A stretch of DNA of 64,000 bases from Macrostomum hystrix. Taxonomy: Eukaryota > Animalia > Platyhelminthes. The notes under the pieces were generated by a model. That model saw nothing but the letters and a program-made list of their open reading frames with translations, had not been told where the DNA came from and did not search any database. Location of the stretch: NCBI GenBank assembly GCA_950097015.1, contig CATNEN010000024.1, positions 3,720,001 through 3,784,000 of the forward strand, in the 5' to 3' direction. This document shows, piece after piece, positions 50,701 through 58,929 of the stretch (position 1 is its first letter; each line of letters opens with the position of its first letter). Position numbers and translations under genes: made by a program.

Positions 50701-53700
50701 CAACTGCCTCGACGCGGCCATAGACAACGGACACAAGAAGGTCGCCATGACCCTCATCAATTCCAGCCAGTGGAAGGAGGCCCTGCGCAATGAGACAGTC
50801 GGCGAGAAGGGTGAGAAGGACACCCCGATGCGGAAGCTGATCCGCAAGATGCCGACCGTGGCCGAGAAGGTGCTGAACAAGTGCGTCGAGAACAACAAGC
50901 AGAAGAAGTCACCGGACGATCCAAAGTACAAGGTGTTGTTCTACTACGAGTTCATGGACGACATGTTCAACAGCTGGGCGCCTGGCAAGCTCAAGGAGAT
51001 GGAGGAGGCTGGCCGCGGCAGCTCTTCAGCCGGCAGCAACGCTTCGGACTCGGCCTCCATTGCGGAGCAGTCGGTCTACACGGACGTATACGACGCCGAC
51101 GGCAGGCTGAGAAACGACATTAAATACCGCTCTGTTAGAGGCTCGATCAAGAGAAATCACCCGCTTATGGTCATGGTCAAGTGAGCGATGACATTCCATT
51201 GTGTTTGCTTGCCGCTAGCTTTCTCATCAACCTCTCAGCCTTCCATACTCTCCTTAACCATCTTTCTAGAACCCAATCAGCCTCTTTAACTAAAACTTCT
51301 AATCCTCTAAATTTCTCTCTAATCAGCCTCCCAGACTCTCTCTAATCAGCCTCCCAGACTCTCTCTAATCAGACTCCCAGACTCTCTCTAATCAGCCTCC
51401 CAGACTCTCTCTAATCAGCCTCCCAGACTCTCTCTAATCAGCCTCCCAGACTCTCTCTAATCAGCCTCCCAGACTCTCTCTAATCAGCCTCCCAGACTCT
51501 CTCTAATCAGCCTCCCAGACTCTCTCTAATCAGACTCCCAGACTCTCTCTAATCAGCCTCCCAGACTCTCTCTAATCAGCCTCCTGTCCTTAAATACTCC
51601 TTAAACACAGTTACTTCACGAGTATCAATAAGAATTAATTCATAGGTATCTACCCAACAACTCACCTAGTATCTCACTTACTACTATTTCAATGCCATTG
51701 GACGTATCAGAGCCGCTGTGTGTTCTGAATCCGCAGAAAAAAGCGCGAAGACCTGCTGGTGCATCCGCTAGTCTCAGCTCTCCTGCAGCACAAATGGACC
51801 TGCTACGGCCGGTGGGTGTACTACACCAACTTGGTCATCTACGCCGCCTTCCTAGTGGCATTCACAGTGTACATGCTGTCCAGCAAGGCTACCTATTTGT
51901 ACTATTCGCCCTACTATTTCACCTACAATGTCACGGGTTGGACCAACAACGAGTGCGAACAGGTTCAATCTGTGGAGCCATCCTGCGCCCAGAATTCCAA
52001 CGTGTCTGTCAGCAAGTGGATTGTGCTAGTCCTCAGCTGTGTCTTCCTGCTTAAAGAGATCATCCAGGTCTTTACTCAGCGGCTAAAATATATCAACTTT
52101 GAGAATCTGCTCGACTGGACAATTTTCAGCTTGGCCATCCTCACCGTGATTGACATCAGCGACTGCCAGAGGATCTGCGGAGTGCGGACTGTGAGTAACA
52201 CTGTGATGAGCAGCTAACAGTACAGCTGCAGCTATTGCGCGGCGCATCTGAAGGCTGGATCTGAAGGCTTTTCAGTCCACGGACTTGGGGAAGACGCCAC
52301 ACCCACCCTCAATTTCCAATTTAACAGCTGGGTGAACTGACGCAACGAAGAATTAAGTGTCTTGCTAAACTAAAAAATGGATCCAGCTAGTAGAGCCGGG
52401 AATCGAACCCCCGATCTTCAAGTCGAGAATTCAAAGCTCTATCCTGCTTGAGTACACTATCGTGGGGTCGGTGGCAGAGCGGTTAACGCGTTTGCCTCTC
52501 GCACCACGGTCCCTAAGTTCGATTCCCCGGCGAGGCAACAATTATTTGGGGCGCAGCCACGGAGAGAAGGCTTGGGGGCCTGTCGTGCAATTTACGCCAT
52601 TGAGGGCCAACCTCCAAGGCACAGTGAGAGTGTACACTGCCTGACGATGAGAAAGTCTGGGCAGATTGATGTACACACCTGTGTGAGTGTGTGCCTGCGT
52701 ACAGTATCTGTGTGCGTGTGTGCTCAGAAGTCAGCGAAATGGGCAGAATTGCCTCCTCGCTTGTTGCGGGTCTAGTGTCACCAAATGATGTGCCATTGCC
52801 TGCAGTACAGCTGCGGCTATACTGTCGGCTGCACAACTGGCCCAGTAAGGGAAGGTGTGATCGATTACTATTATTTTTATAATGTACTATTATTTGGCAG
52901 CACAATAGCCACTGGCTGTACATCTTGACTGTATTGTACTCTAGAATTAATCTCCCAAATCCGCAGTACTGGCAGTGGAACACTGGCACCTTCGGCATCC
53001 TGACGGCCTGGATCAACCTGGTGCTGTTCATCCGCAAGGTGCCCCGCTTTGGCATCTACGTGGTGATGTTCACGGAGGTGCTGCAGACCTTCTTCAAGTT
53101 CTTCGCGGTCCTGGTCTTATTCATCGTGGCCTTTGGCATCACCTTTTACCTGATCTTGGCCAACCAGGTGCCCTACGACACCGTGGCCAAGTCGCTGCTC
53201 AAGACCACCGTGATGATGATGGGAGAGTTTGAGTACGACGCCGTGTTCAACTTGCAGTATGACCCGGCCAACGGTGCCCAAGCCAATGTGCAGATCTTCT
53301 ACGACCCCGCAGCTTACATTGTGTTCATCTCGTCACTGATCATCATGAGCATAGTGCTCATGAACCTGCTAGTTGGTCTGGCCGTTGACGATATTAAGTC
53401 TGTGCAGAATCAGGCCTCGCTAAAGAAGCTGGCCATGCAGGTAGGCGGCTTTTAGCTAGTAGCTCATTTTTTTCTGGGAAACACGAGACAAATTTTCCGT
53501 GGAGTTCATAACTACCAAAGCACAAATGGAATCGTTCCAAGCTAACTGGCTGTTTACAAATACTTGAAGGGTTAAAGGGATTGTCGTGCAATTTACGCCA
53601 TTGAGGGCCAACCTCCTAGGCACAGTGAGAGTGTACGTTGCCTGACGATGAGAAAGTCTGGGCAGATTGATGTACACACCTGTGTGAGCGTGTGCCTGCG

Positions 53701-54879
53701 TACAGTATCTGTGTGCGTGTGTGCTCAGTAGTCAGCGAAATTGGTAGAATTGCCTCCTCGCTGGCTGTGGGTCTAGTTGCGGGGCTATTTCTCGTACCTT
53801 CATTTCTCTTTTTTCTGTATCTCAAAATATTCAACCAACTGCCATGAAAATCCCAGAAACACGGGCAAAATTTTCTGCTCTATCCGATGAAACAACTTCC
53901 AGAATCGCAAAACATCGGCATGGAAAAATGTTGATCTATATGGTGGAGTTTCACGAAAATCGGGAGCTATTGTGAAGTAGGCAGGGGGTATTCGAAATAC
54001 CCCCGTGTCTTTTCGTAGGGAGAAAATAGCATGGTCTTTCTACTGTTAAGAATAGACAGAGATTCCAGGAGAGCCGCATCTTTTACCACCCAACTGATTG
54101 TCAGATCGAGCTCGTCCTAGAAGTTGAGGAGTTCCTACCGTTAAGCGTGATCAGGCGCTTCTTCATCAAGTCGGAGACCTATTACCCGAATCCGGACCGC
54201 AGCGACCGCTGCTACCGACTCAAGAACCTCTTCAGCAGCCGCTGGATCACGCGCGACAAGCTGCAGCGAGCCCTGCGACCGGAGCTAGACGAATGGGAGA
54301 AGATCTACAAGAAGCTGGACCAGAACAGCCTGCGCCTCATCACCATGAAGATCAAGATGAAGGATATGAGAACCAGGATTGCTAGGATGGATGGCCTACT
54401 GTCTGTGAGTGCTTTTTGCTCATGTAAATGCGGTTTTTATGCCGAAATGAAATGACATGAATATCATCTGAGAATGATGCTCTGTTTGATAAGATTCATG
54501 TTAGCTTATAGCGACTAACAGTTGCGCGTGGTAGCTAACAGGTGATGCTAGCATGTTACAGGTGAGCATGATGCTTAATAGATAAGACACGGTGTCTAAT
54601 AGGTAAGGTATGATGTATAATAGGTAAGGTATGATGTCTAATAGGTAAGGTATGATGTCTATCAGGTGAGTAATTATGCCCAAGAGTTGGGCACCACTTA
54701 ACGGGCTTGATATTTTAGAAGTACTGTGGGTTGAAGTGGAATGAACCTCACAGCAGTAACCATTTTCACCCCTGCAGGCCATCGCGCTGAAGTTAAACAT
54801 CTCGCCGGAGGAACAGCTGGCAGAGACCCAGGACATCGACGTGGACGAGGACGCGATGGACCACCTGTTGGAACTTTGA
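43643..54879 (+). CDS. TRPA1: TRPA1-like ankyrin-repeat cation channel, 14 exons, 1,395 aa
   Basis: Exons 43643-44080, 44597-44992, 45082-45141, 45236-45259, 46158-46319, 47105-47426, 47914-48200, 48378-48570, 49967-50412, 50651-51180, 51737-52190, 52967-53440, 54105-54404, 54778-54879 join to 4,188 nt in frame. Many TPLH ankyrin repeats, HPL..LL.HKW pre-S1 helix, PRFGIYVVMF, pore TTVMMMGEFEY, MNLLVGLAVDDI TRP-like helix and C-terminal coiled coil. Confidence 0.95.
44150..44520. repeat. 33-bp minisatellite
   Basis: (GGTATTGTCTATGGGTTTCCAGCACATGATTGG)n-type units. Confidence 0.95.
45280..46125. repeat. Compound minisatellite (~28-30 bp, then 14 bp)
   Basis: (TCCTAGAATCTGAACCCCAGATTTGCTT)n followed by (CCCAGATTCGGAAT)n. 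Confidence 0.95.
46480..47060. repeat. 23-24-bp minisatellite
   Basis: (CCGTT(T/A)ATCCATCATGA(C/A)ACAA..)n. Confidence 0.93.
47550..47730. repeat. 14-bp minisatellite
   Basis: (CCCAGATTCCAAAT)n. Confidence 0.96.
48270..48330 (-). mobile_element. SINE family A tail fragment
   Basis: ATAATTGCAGGAGGGC...GCAATGGCACATC.TTTGGTGA matches the family A 3' end. Confidence 0.7.
49080..49431. mobile_element. MITE-like element with 26-bp terminal inverted repeats in TRPA intron 8
   Basis: TATAACCAAGGACCACTAGAAGAAGA (49080-49105) versus the reverse complement of 49406-49431: 25/26 identical, TA at both ends, AT-rich non-coding interior. Confidence 0.75.
51315..51590. repeat. 23-bp minisatellite
   Basis: (CTCTCTAATCAGCCTCCCAGACT)n. 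Confidence 0.96.
52205..52460 (-). mobile_element. SINE family B, near full length, head-to-head with family A
   Basis: Minus strand: GGTTCGATTCCC B box, AGCAAGACACTTAA...CAGTTCACCCAGCTGTTAAATTGG (CORE-like), AAGTCCGTGGACTGAAAAGCC, CAATAGCTGCAGCTGTA. Confidence 0.8.
52462..52810 (+). mobile_element. SINE family A, full length
   Basis: GGGGTCGGTGGCAGAGCGGTTAACGCG (A box) ... GTTCGATTCC (B box), complete body. Confidence 0.93.
53577..53785 (+). mobile_element. SINE family A, truncated
   Basis: Body only. Confidence 0.88.
53875..54050 (+). repeat. Dispersed repeat family C
   Basis: TTTCACGAAAATCG...GAAGTAGGCAGGGGGTATTCGAAATACCCC hairpin core. Confidence 0.7.
54590..54665. repeat. Short ~21-bp tandem repeat
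   Basis: (AATAGGTAAGGTATGATGTCT) about 3-4 copies. Confidence 0.8.
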
Positions 54880-55794
54880 GCTCGTCTGGTCTGAGTCGGT
54901 CTCATGCAGTAATCTGCTTTGACTTTTTTCTTAAATTTTTATTCAGATTTCTTAATTGCCTTCGTCGTTTTGACCTTCTATCTTTGTTTATTTATTCGCC
55001 TATGAATTGTGTGACAGGTAGCTGTCAGAGAAAACTAAAATTCGAAAATTTTTCGGAATTTCTACCTAGCTCGTAGATATATAAATCGCTTCTAAAGAAA
55101 TTGATGTTTGTAAAATACACTTCAAGGTTGCTGCTACTATAAGCATACCTTTGCAAGATCTCTACTTTGGAGCTGAAGTAATCAAGTTTGGTAGTATTTT
55201 TGCAGAATTTATTTTCTAATTAATGACTTTCTTTCACACAGCAACTCGCTGTAACTTGCTTTTTTTGTAATTTAAGTTTTTAATTTTCTTTCTTTGAGTG
55301 TAACACTCAGTAATTTATACCTCCTATATACTCGTAATATAACTATTTCTTTCGTAATGCTCATTTCCTAAAATACATCGTTATATGTCTAGATTATTTA
55401 TACTCGTAATTTTGTCAATTTTTGTTTCTAAACTCATCGACTGCAACAACCGATAATTCTATTGAAGATGGTGAAAAATATGGAAGACTATTTTTTCTGC
55501 ATCTGAGAATCTCCCTTAAGAATCAATCTTGATAGATAAATTCGTGTTTTTTCTTGTTGAGAAAAATCGCAAAAATGATTACTGATTTCTATTCTTTCGC
55601 AACAGTTTTCACGTACAGCTTTGAGTTTTTCAAGTCGGATGTTTTGTCGCATCACAAAGGATTTTCTCGTAGCTATCAGTTTTTGTCATGTTTTTTTGAT
55701 AGCTTGAAATTCAGACTCCTTAACGAGACGTCTAGCTGATGTTTAAATCTCATCTCATGGGAGAATATATAGGAAAGACACTTGAAAAAAAAAT

Positions 55795-56128
55795 AATACA
55801 TTTGCAGGTGGGCAGCGGGCAATGGCACATCATTTGGCAACACTAGACACGCTGCCAGCGAGGAGGCAATTCTGCCCATTTCGCTGACTCCTGAGCACAC
55901 ACGCTCACACAGGTGTGTACATCAATCTGCCCAGACTTTCTCATCGTCAGGCAACGTACACTCTCACTGTGCCTAGGAGGTTGGCCCTCAAGGGCGTAAA
56001 TTGCACGACAGGCCCCCAAGCCTTCTCTCCGCGGCTGTGCCCCAAATAACTGTGGCCTCGCCACGGAATTGAGCTCAGGGACCATGGTGCGAGAGAGGCA
56101 AACGCGTTAACCGCTCTGCCACTGACTA
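55795..56128 (-). mobile_element. SINE family A, full length
   Basis: Complete reverse-complement copy. Confidence 0.93.
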
Positions 56129-56234
56129 GCCTCGAGCAAGACAGTTAATACGACATTTTTTTAGTTCAAAGAGCTGTAAAATGGAGTAGAAATTAGGGTT
56201 ATTGTTTGCGGCCTGCAAGGCCGACCCACCAGTC

Positions 56235-56390
56235 CATGGTAGATAGACCACGCTATCCCCCTTCCTGGGGAAGACCAAGGGATATTTCAAATACCCAACG
56301 CCTACTTCATGATCGCTCCCAAACCGAATGACCGATCGATTTTCGTGAAAAATCACCACGTGGATCAAAAGTTTCCACCCTTTAGGATTA
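56235..56390 (-). repeat. Dispersed repeat family C, inverted
   Basis: Reverse complement shows TTTCACGAAAATCG and GAAGTAGGCGTTGGGTATTTGAAATATCCC. Confidence 0.7.
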
Positions 56391-56844
56391 ACCAACTTTC
56401 AAAGCCGTCCGACGTCAGCATCGTCGAGATATTCAGCGATTCTTGTCGAAGACACTGGTGACAAAGACAACTAACATTGCACTGCATAATCATCTACGGC
56501 GAATCCATATTGGTTCCATAATCTGAGTCCATCTGACGTATGTAACTGTGTTCTCAGCATCCCAGACACTAGGGTCCCCTTCATCGCGCGCGTCTGGAGC
56601 ATCGGCGGCGTTACCAAAGCTAAAATGGAATAATCATCTTCTGCATGCAGTTTTCAGTCAATGGACCTAATTTAGTGAATGAAATAGATGATGGCGACCT
56701 TCTAGACTGTCCTGTAGCAATTCAAGTGACCTTCGGGACCTTCACTGACTGATTTATTGGCATAGTTTGATAATCATTTTTTGAGCAGAAAAATTATAGC
56801 TTTATCGGTGGTTTAGGGGGGAAATAGCCTGGTCCTACTATTGT

Positions 56845-56890
56845 TAACGGCCAACCCCAAGGCACAGTGAGAGTGTGCACTGCCTGACGT
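56845..56890 (+). mobile_element. SINE family A core fragment
   Basis: GGCCAACCCCAAGGCACAGTGAGAGTGTGCACTGCCTGACG. Confidence 0.75.
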
Positions 56891-57194
56891 CTTCAGTTCA
56901 GTAACCACAGCCCCTGCAAATGCTGCGACAGATTTTCTTAAAAGACTTAACCTAACCGATGTCACACCACATCAATCGCCAATTGTATTGAATCAAGTTG
57001 GGTAACACAAACCTTCAGCACTGATACAGATATAAACGAGTGGTCGCTGCACTTTATACAACATTTAGTTAAATAGAGGTTAATAAGTTCGCAAGTGAGG
57101 CTGAAATAATGCAGCGCATCCAACCAATATTAAGCAAATATTGTTGGCAGTATGGTAAAAAACTGAAAACTATGTCACAACGCCTCAAAGCAGG

Positions 57195-58307
57195 TCACAA
57201 GTTGGTCTCGCTGATGACATCAGAGACGGACGATGCCATTGTTGGTTTGTTGTGGCCCATGGAACTCGGATCAATGCGGTTAGAAGCAGTTCTGGTACCG
57301 CCGAAGCAGCAGGGTAGCATGAGGCGCATGAAATGGTTTCTGAAAGCTGTGTTGTACTGCAGATAGATCGGCAAGTTGATAAACACCTGCCAGCTGTAAA
57401 ATAGGCTCATTCCATAGTTGATGCACAAATAGAGAAAAAAGTCTTCGGTCCTTAGAAAGGCCTGCTTTAAGTTGACTATCTCCAGACACGCAATCGGCAG
57501 AGAGAAAACGCTGTGCATGATGCTGGTAGCCAGAAGCATTTGCGTCAGTTGCCGCTCCGCCTCATCGGTGGTGGACGAAGCCTGCGGGGACCGGCGGTGA
57601 ATGCTTCTAGGCACATGTGAGAGGCGCCTGCGCCGCTTCCGCAGCTCCCAGAGGCAGTAGCAGAGCGCGACATTCACCACCGCATTGGCCACTACAGGAA
57701 TGTGGATTGTTAGCGCTAGTTCAACGCCCAGCAGAGATTGCGCCAGGTCAGTTGTCAGCAGGGTGCAGTAGGGTGCGTACCACTCGCCCCTGTAAATGAT
57801 GTCCTGATATCTTGCAAGGTAGAGAAATCTTGGCAAATTTGCAGCCAGCAAGGTCAAGCCAGCGACACAGGTGCCGATTGTGGCACACTTAGTTCTGCGG
57901 CCTTGGGCGTGAGTCCTTAGCGGCGCCACCACAACGCGGAGCCTGTCGACAGCCAGCAGGACCATGATCCAGTTGGCGATGCCCCTGCTTAAATTGTAGA
58001 CTGTGAGCAGCAGCCGGCACTGCCATATGCCCATGACACCTTGCGGCAGGTTTGTGTAGTGATAGAGACCTAGCCTTGTGATGCAGAATATCCAGTCAGC
58101 CAGAGTCACTGCCAGGACGTACACGTGGCATGAGTGGCTGATGCGAGCGGCCAGCAGTGTGATGACGATTAGGATGTTGGCAACTACGCCGATGCAACAG
58201 ACCGCTGTCTGATACCAGATGTGGTAGTTTAGCCAAGCCTGTTGAGTGTCGAAGCAAGGACAGGCGCTGCAGCCATCGCTGACATTAGGACTTGTCCTAT
58301 TGCTCAT
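57195..58307 (-). CDS. Intronless class A (rhodopsin-like) GPCR, peptide-receptor or chemoreceptor-like, 370 aa
   Basis: Seven hydrophobic segments; TM1 GVVAN, TM2 LAVTLAD, TM3 C...LLAVDRL (DRY variant), TM7 INLPIY...NTAFR (NPxxY variant and helix 8); N-terminal NRT sequon. Confidence 0.9.
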   Translation of the reverse strand: MSNRTSPNVSDGCSACPCFDTQQAWLNYHIWYQTAVCCIGVVANILIVITLLAARISHSCHVYVLAVTLADWIFCITRLGLYHYTNLPQGVMGIWQCRLLLTVYNLSRGIANWIMVLLAVDRLRVVVAPLRTHAQGRRTKCATIGTCVAGLTLLAANLPRFLYLARYQDIIYRGEWYAPYCTLLTTDLAQSLLGVELALTIHIPVVANAVVNVALCYCLWELRKRRRRLSHVPRSIHRRSPQASSTTDEAERQLTQMLLATSIMHSVFSLPIACLEIVNLKQAFLRTEDFFLYLCINYGMSLFYSWQVFINLPIYLQYNTAFRNHFMRLMLPCCFGGTRTASNRIDPSSMGHNKPTMASSVSDVISETNL

Positions 58308-58929
58308 TGTTCTAGCATGAGGCAGACCTAGCGGCTACACAACTGCCAGTGCTAATAAGGGGGTGTATTCTGTGACCGAAGGGACACTTTATCTACTGCA
58401 TTCGAACTGGTCCGTCTTCAAGCAGCCAGCCCCCACCCCAAACGCACTGTCTGATTAGCATGTCTGTCTACTTCCCACGTGGGCTAGGGCTTGGGACCAG
58501 ATGCCTCTGTTCGGAACTTGTCAACTTCGGCACTGCCTAAATTTCACGGCTTGCATGACAGCCAACAAATAGTTGACAGCCACAAAGTGTCTGGAATGAG
58601 GCATTCTTTGGATTTCTACGTTTTAACAGTAGGGCTTACCAAGCCTTTTTGTCCCCTGTTTTTTATACTGTAAGTTTTTTGGCAGTGCCTGAATGCTAGC
58701 AGCGTTGGGTGGTGACTGATTGGTCGACAGAGTAGGCGATGGTGTACTGTAGTTGAGCTGCGCCTAATATTTTGGCTTGGTCAGTGAAATAGGAGGAATT
58801 CGCGTCAGGGTGTCCATAGTGACCTATTATTTGTAGCCCTAAAAAGTCCAGCAAATCCGTCTAGATAAAGATAGGTGACCACCGAAGATGGAGATTTTTA
58901 AAGCCGCGAAAATTTCTTCTTAAACGGGG

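Noticed and set aside
52620-52665. Hammerhead-ribozyme-like CTGACGA...GAAA...GTC in SINE family A
   Set aside because: Only 3 nt separate CUGANGA from GAAA and none separate GAAA from GUC, so stems II and III cannot form. The segment folds better as a simple GCCTGAC/GTCAGGGC hairpin.
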